In this document: positions 35,639 to 47,189 of the stretch, piece by piece
Layout: each line of letters starts with the position of its first letter
Numbering within the stretch: the first letter of the stretch is position 1
NCBI RefSeq assembly: GCF_003334815.1
Contig: NZ_QOWO01000027.1
DNA length: 56,519 nucleotides
From: Escherichia coli
GTDB lineage: Bacteria > Pseudomonadota > Gammaproteobacteria > Enterobacterales > Enterobacteriaceae
Reading direction: 5' to 3' (one strand)
Made by a program: the position numbers and the translations under genes
The notes under the pieces: generated by a model
What the model saw: the letters and a program-made list of their open reading frames with translations, nothing else
Database searches by the model: none
What the model was told of the DNA's origin: nothing

Positions 35639-35715
35639 GGTGGCTATAGCTCAGTTGGTAGAGCCCTGGATTGTGATTCCAGTTGTCGTGGGTTCGAATC
35701 CCATTAGCCACCCCA
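35639..35715 (+). tRNA. hisR: tRNA-His (anticodon GUG), including the extra 5' G(-1)
   Basis: ggtggctatagctcagttggtagagccctggattGTGattcc...ccattagccacccca. Confidence 0.93.
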
Positions 35716-35735
35716 TTATTAGAAGTTGTGACAAT

Positions 35736-35822
35736 GCGAAGGTGGCGGAATTGGTAGACGCGCTAGCTTCAGGTGTTAGTGTCCTTACGGACGTGGGGGT
35801 TCAAGTCCCCCCCCTCGCACCA
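35736..35822 (+). tRNA. leuT: tRNA-Leu (anticodon CAG), class II with long variable arm
   Basis: gcgaaggtggcggaattggtagacgcgctagcttCAGgtgttag...cccctcgcacca, 87 nt. Confidence 0.93.
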
Positions 35823-35864
35823 CGACTTTAAAGAATTGAACTAAAAATTCAAAAAGCAGTATTT

Positions 35865-35941
35865 CGGCGAGTAGCGCAGCTTGGTAGCGCAACTGGTTTG
35901 GGACCAGTGGGTCGGAGGTTCGAATCCTCTCTCGCCGACCA
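35865..35941 (+). tRNA. proM: tRNA-Pro (anticodon UGG)
   Basis: cggcgagtagcgcagcttggtagcgcaactggttTGGgaccag...ctcgccgacca. Confidence 0.93.
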
Positions 35942-35949
35942 ATTTTGAA

Positions 35950-35971
35950 CCCCGCTTCGGCGGGGTTTTTT
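35950..35971 (+). terminator. Rho-independent terminator of the tRNA operon
   Basis: ccccgc-ttcg-gcgggg hairpin followed by ttttttgtttt. Confidence 0.85.
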
Positions 35972-36087
35972 GTTTTCTGTGCATTTCGTCACCCTCCCTT
36001 CGCAATAAACGCCCGTAATAACTCATTGCCCCACGGTATGATTTCGCCCTTAACGTATTGAAGGATGACTTCAGGCAAGGAGCGACC

Positions 36088-37323
36088 ATGCTGCAACAGG
36101 TTCCAACGCGTGCTTTTCATGTGATGGCGAAACCGAGCGGTTCCGATTGTAATCTGAACTGTGACTACTGTTTTTATCTCGAAAAACAATCCCTTTACCG
36201 CGAAAAGCCAGTCACGCATATGGACGATGACACGCTGGAAGCGTATGTCCGTCACTATATCGCTGCCAGCGAACCGCAAAACGAAGTGGCTTTTACTTGG
36301 CAGGGCGGCGAACCAACGCTACTCGGGCTGGCGTTTTACCGCCGTGCCGTAGCGCTACAGGCGAAATATGGTGCTGGCAGGAAGATAAGTAACAGCTTCC
36401 AGACTAACGGCGTGCTGCTGGATGACGAATGGTGCGCGTTTCTCGCGGAGCATCATTTTCTTGTTGGTTTATCGCTGGATGGCCCGCCTGAGATCCACAA
36501 TCAATATCGCGTGACTAAAGGTGGCAGACCCACGCATAAGCTGGTGATGCGTGCCCTGACGCTCCTGCAAAAACATCATGTCGACTATAACGTGCTGGTC
36601 TGCGTTAATCGCACCAGCGCGCAGCAACCGTTGCAGGTATATGATTTTTTGTGCGATGCGGGAGTCGAATTCATCCAGTTTATTCCGGTGGTCGAGCGCC
36701 TGGCTGATGAAACAACTGCCCGCGATGGACTTAAGTTACATGCGCCTGGTGATATTCAGGGTGAGCTAACGGAATGGTCGGTGCGCCCCGAGGAGTTCGG
36801 TGAGTTTCTGGTGGCGATATTCGACCACTGGATCAAACGCGACGTCGGCAAGATTTTCGTGATGAATATCGAATGGGCGTTTGCCAATTTTGTCGGTGCG
36901 CCGGGTGCGGTTTGCCATCATCAGCCAACCTGTGGGCGCTCGGTGATTGTTGAGCACAACGGCGACGTTTACGCCTGTGATCACTATGTTTATCCGCAAT
37001 ATCGGCTGGGGAATATGCACCAGCAAACAATTGCAGAAATGATCGATTCCCCGCAACAGCAGGCGTTTGGTGAAGATAAATTTAAGCAGTTACCGGCGCA
37101 GTGTCGCAGTTGTAACGTGTTAAAAGCGTGCTGGGGAGGCTGCCCGAAACACCGCTTCATGCTCGATGCCAGCGGCAAACCGGGACTGAATTATTTGTGT
37201 GCCGGGTATCAGCGTTATTTCCGCCATCTACCGCCATATCTTAAAGCAATGGCTGATTTGCTGGCGCACGGTCGCCCGGCCAGCGACATTATGCATGCGC
37301 ATTTGCTGGTGGTGAGTAAGTAG
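36088..37323 (+). CDS. aslB: Anaerobic sulfatase-maturating enzyme homologue (radical SAM / SPASM)
   Basis: Track ORF is 421 aa; start placed at MLQQVPTRAFHVMAKPSGSDCNLNCDYCFY to give 411 aa. CxxxCxxC radical-SAM motif near the N-terminus and Cys-rich SPASM motifs near the C-terminus. Confidence 0.9.
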   Translation: MLQQVPTRAFHVMAKPSGSDCNLNCDYCFYLEKQSLYREKPVTHMDDDTLEAYVRHYIAASEPQNEVAFTWQGGEPTLLGLAFYRRAVALQAKYGAGRKISNSFQTNGVLLDDEWCAFLAEHHFLVGLSLDGPPEIHNQYRVTKGGRPTHKLVMRALTLLQKHHVDYNVLVCVNRTSAQQPLQVYDFLCDAGVEFIQFIPVVERLADETTARDGLKLHAPGDIQGELTEWSVRPEEFGEFLVAIFDHWIKRDVGKIFVMNIEWAFANFVGAPGAVCHHQPTCGRSVIVEHNGDVYACDHYVYPQYRLGNMHQQTIAEMIDSPQQQAFGEDKFKQLPAQCRSCNVLKACWGGCPKHRFMLDASGKPGLNYLCAGYQRYFRHLPPYLKAMADLLAHGRPASDIMHAHLLVVSK

Positions 37324-37349
37324 AAATCGGCGGCCGCCTGCGGTTGATT

Positions 37350-37454
<105 letters not shown>

Positions 37455-37481
37455 AAGGCAGATCTCAGCGATAGCGCCGGC

Positions 37482-39137
37482 TTAGTCAGATTTAATCTGC
37501 GCGCGTGGTGGATATTTTTTCAGGATCTCCATATACGCGTGCATTTCGGTCTGTAGCGGTACACCCATCGGAATATGGCGCACGCCGATGGAGTCGCTTT
37601 CCTGCGGATCGGTGTAGAGGTTAAACACCGACGATCCCGCCGTTTGCATTACTGTGCCGGTGAATCCACCCTGATATCCGCTCTGGGTATAAGCGTAAGG
37701 TTGCTGAATCAGGACGTGATACTTGAACTCATCCATACGCACAGCAGCGAGTTTACCGTTGAGGAAGTAGTGCTCGGCCTTACGGTTAGACTGACCATTT
37801 GTTCCCAGGAAGAAGGATGTCTGGTCCACACCATCGATAAAGGTGGTTTTCGGCACTAAATTCGCCACTTTCGCTCCAGGATGCCCTGCCAGATCCAGCG
37901 CGGTAGGGAAGAGATCTGCCAGATCGACAATACCGTCAGATTTACGCGGTTGGATCATCCCTTTCCAGTAAACGAAAGTCGGTACGCGAACGCCGCCTTC
38001 CCAGGTCGAACCTTTCGCACCACGGAACGGGGTGCGTCCGTGCGGCGGTACTTCGGCTTCCGGTCCGTTATCGGAGGTAAAGACGATCAGCGTGTTATCA
38101 AGCTGACCGTTTTTCTCCAGTGTTTTATACAGATTAGCGAACACATCGTTCATCTCCACCATGCAGTCGCCATACGAGGTGCGTGCCGGAGAGCTACCCG
38201 CATATTTCGCATTTGGGTAGTTATCGAAGTGGCAGCCACGAGTGCCGTAGTAGAGGAAGAATGGTTTATCGCTCTTCGCCATCTTGTCGAGGAACTTAAC
38301 GCCATAGTCCATCCAGCGTTGATCCAGATCTTCCATATATTTCGGCGTAATGTCGGCAATGGCCTGTTGTTCGCCGCCGCGCACCGCATGAACGTCATCT
38401 TTGCTGAACGGTAATTGCTTGATGTATTCAGAACGGTCCGGACTCAGGGCCACTTCCGGATTGACGTGAACGTCGCGCCATTCGGTGTACATATCAGACA
38501 CCGAGTTAAAGCCACGGAAATCATCAAAGCCAACGTTCTGCGGCTGCGACTCTTTGTTTTCCCCCATATGCCATTTTCCGATGGCCTGAGTGACGTAGCC
38601 CTGATCGTGCAGCAACTGCGGCAGCGTGGTTAACCCTTGCAGCCCGCCCGGTTGCCCGTACATTGGCGGCATCAGAATGCCGTGGTGGATGGAGTATTGT
38701 CCGGTGAGAATGGTGGCGCGGGTTGGGGAAGAGCTTGGTTGAGAATACGCCGAAGTTAAAATCAGCCCCTGGCTGGCAACGGCGTCGATATCTGGTGTAG
38801 GGTTACCCACCGCCACGCCGCCACCGTTAAAACCGACGTCCATCCAGCCCACATCGTCCAGCAAGAAAACAACCACATTCGGTTTCTTACCGGTTTTTTT
38901 CTCAAGTTCTGCCAGCTTCTGCTGGGTTTCTTTATCCTGCGCCGGATGCTGCATTACTGGCATCATATTGTCGGCAATAGTGGTCGCCGGTTTAACCAGA
39001 TACTGGTTTGGGTGATCGTATCCGGCAAAGCCTTTGCGTGCGGTGGCAGTTGACGGGGTATCTGCTGCGCTGGCCATGAGAGGAAGAGCGGCGGCGACAG
39101 CAACAACAAGACGTTTGGGTGAAAACGAAAATTCCAT
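37482..39137 (-). CDS. aslA: Arylsulfatase-like protein
   Basis: 551-aa ORF with an N-terminal signal peptide and a sulfatase fold ([24 protein letters not shown]-type [12 protein letters not shown] motif). Confidence 0.93.
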
Positions 39138-39561
39138 GCAAAATGCTCCGGTTTCATGTCATCAAAATGATGACGTAATTAAGCATTGATAATTGAGATC
39201 CCTCTCCCTGACAGGATGATTACATAAATAATAGTGACAAAAATAAATTATTTATTTATCCAGAAAATGAATTGGAAAATCAGGAGAGCGTTTTCAATCC
39301 TACCTCTGGCGCAGTTGATATGTAAGGCAGGTTTATTATATCGCGTTGATTATTGATGCTGTTTTTAGTTTTAACGGCAATTAATATATGTGTTATTAAT
39401 TGAATGAATTTTATCATTCATAATAAGTATGTGTAGGATCAAGCTCAGGTTAAATATTCACTCAGGAAGTTATTACTCAGGAAGCAAAGAGGATTACAGA
39501 ATTATCTCATAACAAGTGTTAAGGGATGTTATTTCCCGATTCTCTGTGGCATAATAAACGA

Positions 39562-39768
39562 GTAGATGCTCATTCCATCTCTTATGTTCGCCTTAGTGCC
39601 TCATAAACTCCGGAATGACGCAGAGCCGTTTACGGTGCTTATCGTCCACTGACAGATGTCGCTTATGCCTCATCAGACACCATGGACACAACGTTGAGTG
39701 AAGCACCCACTTGTTGTCATACAGACCTGTTTTAACGCCTGCTCCGTAATAAGAGCAGGCGTTTTTTT
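39562..39768 (+). ncRNA. glmZ: Small regulatory RNA GlmZ (glmS activator)
   Basis: Recognised by sequence (gtagatgctcattccatctcttatgttcgcc...), ending in the terminator hairpin gcctgctc...gagcaggc plus a run of 7 T; a -10-like cataat lies 9-14 nt upstream of the proposed 5' end. Confidence 0.85.
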
Positions 39769-39815
39769 ATGTATCAGGAAGGCCCCGGAGGTGCTTGCCT
39801 CCGGGTGAGAAGGAA

Positions 39816-41012
39816 CTACTGTGGCGGGTTATTCTGCAACGTTAACATCAAACCGTCGCGACGCATCGCTGCAGCTTCTTCCGGCTTGTGCAGTCTGTCC
39901 AGCGCGTCGGCAAGCCATGCGTAATCGTAGGCGTCCGGACGTTGTTTCAGCGCTGCGCGGAAGGCGAGCGATGCTTCCTGCCATTCTCCGTGCTTCATCA
40001 GTGACTGGCCCAGTGTGCTCCACAACAGCGGGCGATCGCCGACGTTTTTGATTTGCTGGCGCAGCACTTTTTCCAGCTGTTCCGGATTGTTTGTTTTCAG
40101 TCGAGGAATCGGCAGCAGTAGGCGATCGTCGTACTGGCGTTTCAGGCCATCGATGATAATTTGCTGGGCAGTATCATGATCGTCACATTCAATAAGATGT
40201 TCCGCCATTGCCACCTGCAACGCTACCTGATGACGCGTTTTCCGGCTTTGGTTTTTCCACCAGTTACGCAAACCTTCGCTACCGTTATCGGCACGCGCCT
40301 GATCCATCAGGCCAATCCATGCCTGTTGTTCCAGCATTGCACGATGTTCTTCATCACCAACATGGGCTTTCGCCATTGATGGGATAATATCCAGCAGCGA
40401 ACTCCATGCACCTGTGCGGATATACGCCTGTTCCGCCAGACGTAATACTTCCGGATGGCGTGGCGTAACTTCCAGCAGCTTATCCACGCCGTGGCGTGCA
40501 GCATGGTTTTCATTACGGGCCAGTTGCAGACGTACGCGGGTGATTTCTACCGGAATGGTGTCGTTGCCGGCCAGCTCCGCTGCGCGTTCCAGATGTTGGT
40601 TGGCGCGTGCTTCATCACCACGTTGTTGCGCGGCTTCGGCAGCCAGTAGATAGTTCACCACCGGTTGTTCCGCGTGATCGGCATTTTTCGCCATCAGCTT
40701 TTCAACTTGCTGATAATCGCCTTCCGCCAGTTTCAGCAGCGCCTGTTCGGTCTGCTTACGTGCACGGCGACGCTTACGTCCGACAAACCACCCACGGGTG
40801 TGCGCGCCAGTGCGGAAGATCCGCCGCAGTAGCCACTCAATGGCAAACAGCACTACCATCGCCAGAATCAATATGATCGCCAGGCCCGTGACGCTGGTTT
40901 CGATATTGTAGTTGTCGGTCTGGATCAGCACATAACCCTGATGGCCGGCAATCATCGGGCCAACCACGATCCCCGCAATCAGCAATACAAAGAGCAATAA
41001 CACTTTTAGCAT
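39816..41012 (-). CDS. hemY: HemY (TPR-containing inner-membrane protein of the hem operon)
   Basis: 398-aa ORF with two N-terminal TM segments and TPR-like repeats; last gene of hemCDXY. Confidence 0.92.
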   Translation of the reverse strand: MLKVLLLFVLLIAGIVVGPMIAGHQGYVLIQTDNYNIETSVTGLAIILILAMVVLFAIEWLLRRIFRTGAHTRGWFVGRKRRRARKQTEQALLKLAEGDYQQVEKLMAKNADHAEQPVVNYLLAAEAAQQRGDEARANQHLERAAELAGNDTIPVEITRVRLQLARNENHAARHGVDKLLEVTPRHPEVLRLAEQAYIRTGAWSSLLDIIPSMAKAHVGDEEHRAMLEQQAWIGLMDQARADNGSEGLRNWWKNQSRKTRHQVALQVAMAEHLIECDDHDTAQQIIIDGLKRQYDDRLLLPIPRLKTNNPEQLEKVLRQQIKNVGDRPLLWSTLGQSLMKHGEWQEASLAFRAALKQRPDAYDYAWLADALDRLHKPEEAAAMRRDGLMLTLQNNPPQ

Positions 41013-41014
41013 GG

Positions 41015-42196
41015 TTATTCTCCTTGCGGCGCGGCTGCCGGAGTATCAGCTTGCGGTGCAGGTGCAGGTTTAGCTTCCGTTGTCCCCGCTGCCGGTTGTG
41101 CCAGCAGGTTACGCACGCGAGTCTGCATCAGTTTTTCCAGCATCGCCTGGCTTTGCAGGGTTTCCGGAAGATCCATCGAGATATTTTGCTGGCTTAACTG
41201 GTCCACCTCGTCGAGGAACGCTTTGGTGGTGGCATCATCAGTATCGTAGTAAGCACGTACCCAGGTGGAGACGTTCTCCAGCGCCTGGCGATAAGTCTCT
41301 TCCTGGTGACGCGGTACAGCTTGTGCTGCGACCAGCAGGCGAGAGCGAATATTTTCGCGCAGATAGATATCCTGATTTGGCGCTAACAGCGGTACGGCGG
41401 TGTCATCACGACGGCGAATCGTAATGAAGTTGTCCATAAAGTTCTGCCAGCTTTTTTGCAGATTGATACGCCATTCGCTGATGGAACTGGAAAGCTCTTC
41501 ACCGTCTGAATCCATCGGCGAACCATCGCTGTCATTATCGGCCAGACGCAGGTTATCTACCTGATTTGAAAGCTGATTAAGCTTAAGGATGATGCCGTCA
41601 TAATCCACCTGCGATACTGCAGAAAGGCTGGCGATATCATCGGTAATTGCCCGACGAACGGTAATCAGACTCGGGTCATTCATATCCGCCAGGCTGGCGT
41701 CTGCACTTTTCAGCAACGCTGCAGCGGTCGTGACGTCCTGATCGCTCCACAGCTTCCGTCCGGCGAGTTTCACCAGAAAATCGGCCTGAGCCAGCAGCCA
41801 GGTTTTAGCATCGCTGCCGGAAATGGTGGCGACCTTTTGTTGGACTTCATCCAACTGTTTTGCCAGCGTTTCTTGCTGACGATTCGCCTGCTTAAGTTGT
41901 GCAGCTTGTTGCTTAATAATGCCTTCCAGCTCGGCTTTTTGGCTCTCCTGGGCTTTTTGCAATGCCGTCAGTTGGTTAGCCAGGGCATCGCTGGTGGCGG
42001 TCTGATTGACGGCCTGTTGTTTACCCCAGCCATACAAACCGATGCCCGCCGCCAGAGCAATAGCGATAGCCACCGCGCTGAGAATCAATGCGGTATTGTT
42101 CTTACTCTTTTTTTCTGTTGCGACAGGTTGTGACGTGGTGTCCACGGCCTCCCTGGTCTCTTCAACCACGGCGGAGGTTTTTTCTTGTTCCGTCAT
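41015..42196 (-). CDS. hemX: HemX (membrane-anchored coiled-coil protein)
   Basis: 393-aa ORF: a Q/A-rich coiled-coil segment following a TM anchor. Confidence 0.92.
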
Positions 42197-42217
42197 TATG
42201 GCTTCCTGTTATGAGAG

Positions 42218-42958
42218 TTATTGTAATGCCCGTAAAAGCGCATCGTTGTCAGCGTTATCGGCGACCTTAATGTCTTGCCAGCCCAGTTCCCGGGCGAGTT
42301 TCGCCAAACGCTCACTGACGACCAATAGTCGACAGTGTAGTAACCAGTGCTCACGATACCATTGTGGGATCAGCGACCAGAGTTGCTGCAACATTTCACC
42401 GCTGGTAACAACGACCATCGTCACCTCGCGGGCTTGCCAGCGCATCGCTTCTTCTGCACCATCGTAATGGATTGCGCATCGTTGATAACATTCACAAAAA
42501 GTGACCTCAGCACCGCGCGCCGTCAGGGTATCCCCAATTAGCTCACGACCACCATTGCCACGTAATATCAGCGCACGTTTGCCCGCAATATTTTGTAATT
42601 CAGGTAATTGTAGCAAGACTTCGCTGATTTCCCGATCCTGCGGGTAGAGAATCTTCTGTCCGCTTACGGTATGTAGTGCCAGTGCGGTGGTGCGTCCAAT
42701 GGCGAAATAATCAGGTAGTCGGGGCCATTTACGATCTTGCTGATGCAGCTGTGATTGGGCAAAAGCAACCGCGTGTTGCGAGAGGGCAAACAACAGATCG
42801 CTCTCCCCCAGCGCTGCCAGTTGATCAGCAAGTTGCGGTAATTGTTGACCCGGAGAAAACTCAATCAGCGGAAAATGCCAGGCCACCTGCCCCAGTGTGC
42901 GCAGACGGCTCACTAACTCTTCTCCAGCGGGAGACGGGCGGGTGACAAGGATACTCAT
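42218..42958 (-). CDS. hemD: Uroporphyrinogen-III synthase
   Basis: 246-aa [23 protein letters not shown]...; its start overlaps the hemC 3' end. Confidence 0.93.
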   Translation of the reverse strand: MSILVTRPSPAGEELVSRLRTLGQVAWHFPLIEFSPGQQLPQLADQLAALGESDLLFALSQHAVAFAQSQLHQQDRKWPRLPDYFAIGRTTALALHTVSGQKILYPQDREISEVLLQLPELQNIAGKRALILRGNGGRELIGDTLTARGAEVTFCECYQRCAIHYDGAEEAMRWQAREVTMVVVTSGEMLQQLWSLIPQWYREHWLLHCRLLVVSERLAKLARELGWQDIKVADNADNDALLRALQ

Positions 42959-43896
42959 GCCGGGGCGTCTCCGTTATAGACTTCAGCGAGGATCTCGCGC
43001 GCGCCGTTATTCAGTAGCTCTTCTGCCAGCGAAATCCCCATTTGTTCGGCATCTTGCGGCGCACCGCGGCGTTCACCGCGAATAATCTGCGAACCGTCCG
43101 GCGCGCCGACCAGCGCACGCAGCCAGATTTCGCCATCAATAAGCTCGGCGTAGCTACCAATTGGCACCTGACATCCGCCTTCGAGACGGGTATTCATGGC
43201 GCGTTCTGCGGTAACGCGCAGTGCAGTTTCGTGGTGATTCAGCGCGGCAAGCAGCTCGCGAGTGCGTGAATCATCAAGGCGGCATTCAATACCCACCGCA
43301 CCTTGTCCTACCGCCGGAAGAGAAATCTCGGGTGGCAACGCGGCGCGAATACGTGACTCCAGACCTAAACGTTTTAGTCCGGCTACGGCAAGAATGATGG
43401 CATCGTATTCGCCGTTATCCAGTTTGCTCAGGCGAGTGCCGACGTTGCCGCGCAGGGAGCGGATAATCAGATCCGGACGGCGTTCAGCCAGTTGGCACTG
43501 GCGACGTAAACTGGACGTCCCGACGATACTGCCTGCCGGTAACGCATCCAGACTGTCATAGTTATTGGACACAAAGGCATCGCGAGGATCTTCACGCTCA
43601 CAAATAGTGACCAGTCCCAGACCTTGCGGGAATTCAACCGGCACATCTTTCATTGAGTGTACGGCGATATCGGCGCGATTTTCGAGGAGCGCGACTTCCA
43701 GCTCTTTTACAAATAAGCCTTTTCCGCCTACTTTCGCCAGCGGCGTATCAAGAATCACATCGCCGCGCGTCACCATCGGTACCAGTTCAACGACCAGGCC
43801 CGGATGGCTCGCCATCAACTTGTCTTTGACATAGTGTGCCTGCCAGAGTGCAAGTGGGCTTTGGCGTGTGGCAATTCTTAAAACATTGTCTAACAT
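42955..43896 (-). CDS. hemC: Porphobilinogen deaminase (hydroxymethylbilane synthase)
   Basis: Track ORF is 320 aa; start placed at [20 protein letters not shown] to give 313 aa. The start codon is uncertain by 7 codons. Confidence 0.92.
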
Positions 43897-44282
43897 GCTT
43901 GTTACCGTCATTATCATCCGTGGTCCATCCTAACATCCTTGCCAGAGTGATGTCAGTGTTGTGGTGAAACGTAGACGCCTGCGCAAACCGTAAAATGAGG
44001 TCTGGCAGTGGATCCTGACAGGCGTTTCACGCCGTTGTAATAAGGAATTTACAGAGAATAAACGGTGCTACACTTGTATGTAGCGCATCTTTCTTTACGG
44101 TCAATCAGCAAGGTGTTAAATTGATCACGTTTTAGACCATTTTTTCGTCGTGAAACTAAAAAAACCAGGCGCGAAAAGTGGTAACGGTTACCTTTGACAT
44201 ACGAAATATCCCGAATGCCGCGTGTTACCGTTGATGTTGGCGGAATCACAGTCATGACGGGTAGCAAATCAGGCGATACGTC

Positions 44283-46829
44283 TTGTACCTCTATATTGAG
44301 ACTCTGAAACAGAGACTGGATGCCATAAATCAATTGCGTGTGGATCGCGCGCTTGCTGCTATGGGGCCTGCATTCCAACAGGTCTACAGTCTACTGCCGA
44401 CATTGTTGCACTATCACCATCCGCTAATGCCGGGTTACCTTGATGGTAACGTTCCCAAAGGCATTTGCCTTTACACGCCTGATGAAACTCAACGCCACTA
44501 CCTGAACGAGCTTGAACTGTATCGTGGAATGTCAGTACAGGATCCGCCGAAAGGTGAGCTTCCAATTACTGGTGTATACACCATGGGCAGCACCTCGTCC
44601 GTAGGGCAAAGTTGTTCCTCTGACCTGGATATCTGGGTCTGTCATCAATCCTGGCTCGATAGCGAAGAGCGCCAATTGCTACAACGTAAATGTAGCCTGC
44701 TGGAAAACTGGGCCGCCTCGCTGGGTGTGGAAGTCAGCTTCTTCCTGATTGATGAAAACCGCTTCCGTCATAATGAAAGCGGCAGCCTGGGGGGCGAAGA
44801 TTGTGGCTCCACCCAGCATATACTGCTGCTTGACGAATTTTATCGTACCGCCGTGCGTCTCGCCGGTAAGCGTATTCTGTGGAATATGGTGCCGTGCGAC
44901 GAAGAAGAGCATTACGACGACTATGTGATGACGCTTTACGCGCAGGGCGTGCTGACGCCAAATGAATGGCTGGATCTCGGTGGCTTAAGCTCGCTTTCTG
45001 CTGAAGAGTACTTTGGTGCCAGCCTTTGGCAGCTCTACAAGAGTATCGATTCCCCATACAAAGCGGTACTGAAAACACTGCTGCTGGAAGCCTATTCCTG
45101 GGAATACCCGAACCCACGTCTGCTGGCGAAAGATATCAAACAGCGTTTGCACGACGGCGAGATTGTATCGTTTGGTCTCGATCCATACTGCATGATGCTG
45201 GAGCGTGTTACTGAATACCTGACGGCGATTGAAGATTTTACCCGTCTGGATTTAGTACGTCGCTGCTTCTATTTAAAAGTGTGCGAAAAGCTCAGCCGTG
45301 AACGCGCCTGCGTAGGCTGGCGTCGCGCAGTGTTGAGCCAGTTAGTGAGCGAGTGGGGTTGGGACGAAGCTCGTCTGGCAATGCTCGATAACCGCGCTAA
45401 CTGGAAGATTGATCAGGTGCGTGAGGCGCACAACGAGTTGCTCGACGCGATGATGCAGAGCTACCGTAATCTGATCCGCTTTGCGCGTCGCAATAACCTT
45501 AGCGTCTCCGCCAGTCCGCAGGATATCGGCGTGCTGACGCGTAAGCTGTATGCCGCGTTTGAAGCATTACCAGGTAAAGTGACGCTGGTAAACCCGCAGA
45601 TTTCACCCGATCTCTCGGAACCGAATCTGACCTTTATTTATGTGCCGCCGGGCCGGGCTAACCGTTCAGGTTGGTATCTGTATAACCGCGCGCCAAATAT
45701 TGAGTCGATCATCAGCCATCAGCCGCTGGAATATAACCGTTACCTGAATAAACTGGTGGCGTGGGCATGGTTTAACGGCCTGCTGACCTCGCGCACCCGT
45801 TTGTATATTAAAGGTAACGGCATTGTCGATTTGCCTAAGTTGCAGGAGATGGTCGCCGACGTGTCGCACCATTTCCCGCTGCGCTTACCTGCACCGACAC
45901 CGAAGGCGCTCTACAGCCCGTGTGAGATCCGCCATCTGGCGATTATCGTTAACCTGGAATATGACCCGACAGCGGCGTTCCGCAATCAGGTGGTGCATTT
46001 CGATTTCCGTAAGCTGGATGTCTTCAGCTTTGGCGAGAATCAAAATTGCCTGGTAGGTAGCGTTGACCTGCTGTACCGCAACTCGTGGAACGAAGTGCGT
46101 ACGCTGCACTTCAACGGCGAGCAATCGATGATCGAAGCCCTGAAAACTATTCTCGGCAAAATGCATCAGGACGCCGCACCGCCAGATAGCGTGGAAGTCT
46201 TCTGTTATAGCCAGCATCTGCGCGGCTTAATTCGTACTCGCGTGCAGCAACTGGTTTCTGAGTGTATTGAATTGCGTCTTTCCAGCACCCGCCAGGAAAC
46301 CGGGCGTTTCAAGGCGCTGCGCGTTTCTGGTCAAACCTGGGGGTTGTTCTTCGAACGCCTGAATGTATCGGTACAGAAACTGGAAAACGCCATCGAGTTT
46401 TATGGCGCGATTTCGCATAACAAACTGCACGGCCTGTCAGTGCAGGTTGAAACCAATCACGTCAAATTACCGGCGGTGGTGGACGGCTTTGCCAGCGAAG
46501 GGATCATCCAGTTCTTTTTCGAAGAAACGCAAGACGAGAATGGCTTTAATATCTACATTCTCGACGAAAGCAACCGGGTTGAGGTATATCACCACTGCGA
46601 AGGCAGCAAAGAGGAGCTGGTACGTGACGTCAGTCGCTTCTACTCGTCATCGCATGACCGTTTTACCTACGGCTCAAGCTTCATCAACTTCAACCTGCCG
46701 CAGTTCTATCAGATTGTGAAGGTTGATGGTCGTGAACAGGTGATTCCGTTCCGCACAAAATCTATCGGTAACATGCCGCCTGCCAATCAGGATCACGATA
46801 CGCCGCTATTACAGCAATATTTTTCGTGA
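44283..46829 (+). CDS. cyaA: Adenylate cyclase (class I), TTG start
   Basis: 848-aa ORF beginning at a TTG codon (ttg tac ctc tat att gag = MYLYIE...), consistent with the known non-ATG start of cyaA. Confidence 0.95.
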   Translation: MYLYIETLKQRLDAINQLRVDRALAAMGPAFQQVYSLLPTLLHYHHPLMPGYLDGNVPKGICLYTPDETQRHYLNELELYRGMSVQDPPKGELPITGVYTMGSTSSVGQSCSSDLDIWVCHQSWLDSEERQLLQRKCSLLENWAASLGVEVSFFLIDENRFRHNESGSLGGEDCGSTQHILLLDEFYRTAVRLAGKRILWNMVPCDEEEHYDDYVMTLYAQGVLTPNEWLDLGGLSSLSAEEYFGASLWQLYKSIDSPYKAVLKTLLLEAYSWEYPNPRLLAKDIKQRLHDGEIVSFGLDPYCMMLERVTEYLTAIEDFTRLDLVRRCFYLKVCEKLSRERACVGWRRAVLSQLVSEWGWDEARLAMLDNRANWKIDQVREAHNELLDAMMQSYRNLIRFARRNNLSVSASPQDIGVLTRKLYAAFEALPGKVTLVNPQISPDLSEPNLTFIYVPPGRANRSGWYLYNRAPNIESIISHQPLEYNRYLNKLVAWAWFNGLLTSRTRLYIKGNGIVDLPKLQEMVADVSHHFPLRLPAPTPKALYSPCEIRHLAIIVNLEYDPTAAFRNQVVHFDFRKLDVFSFGENQNCLVGSVDLLYRNSWNEVRTLHFNGEQSMIEALKTILGKMHQDAAPPDSVEVFCYSQHLRGLIRTRVQQLVSECIELRLSSTRQETGRFKALRVSGQTWGLFFERLNVSVQKLENAIEFYGAISHNKLHGLSVQVETNHVKLPAVVDGFASEGIIQFFFEETQDENGFNIYILDESNRVEVYHHCEGSKEELVRDVSRFYSSSHDRFTYGSSFINFNLPQFYQIVKVDGREQVIPFRTKSIGNMPPANQDHDTPLLQQYFS

Positions 46830-46868
46830 TGAACGTGCCGGAAAGCGAGGCTTATCCGGCATGCAATC

Positions 46869-47189
46869 TTAGCGGAAACTGACTGTTTCACCCGCCTGCT
46901 GCGTCGCCGCCTGTTCCAGCAAATCCCAGAAGGTTTCGCCGCTGCGATCACAAATCCACTCATCGCCTTTCAGGTCAAAATGGTAGCCGCCCTGTTTGGT
47001 TGCCAGCCATACCTGGTGCAGCGGCTCCTGGCGGTTGATAATGATTTTGCTGCCATTCTCAAAGGTAATGGTCAGTACGCCGCCGTTGATTTCGCAGTCG
47101 ATATCGCTGTCGCCATCCCAGTCGTCCAGGCGTTCTTCAATGGTCAGCCAGAGTTGATCAGCCAGGCGATGAAATTCACTGTCGTTCAT
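46869..47189 (-). CDS. cyaY: Frataxin homologue CyaY (iron-sulfur cluster assembly)
   Basis: 106-aa [36 protein letters not shown]..., convergent with cyaA. Confidence 0.93.

Noticed and set aside
44101-44282. Possible CRP site in the cyaA promoter region (around gttaaattgatcacg)
   Set aside because: The match to TGTGA-N6-TCACA is poor by eye; a matrix scan is needed before calling it.
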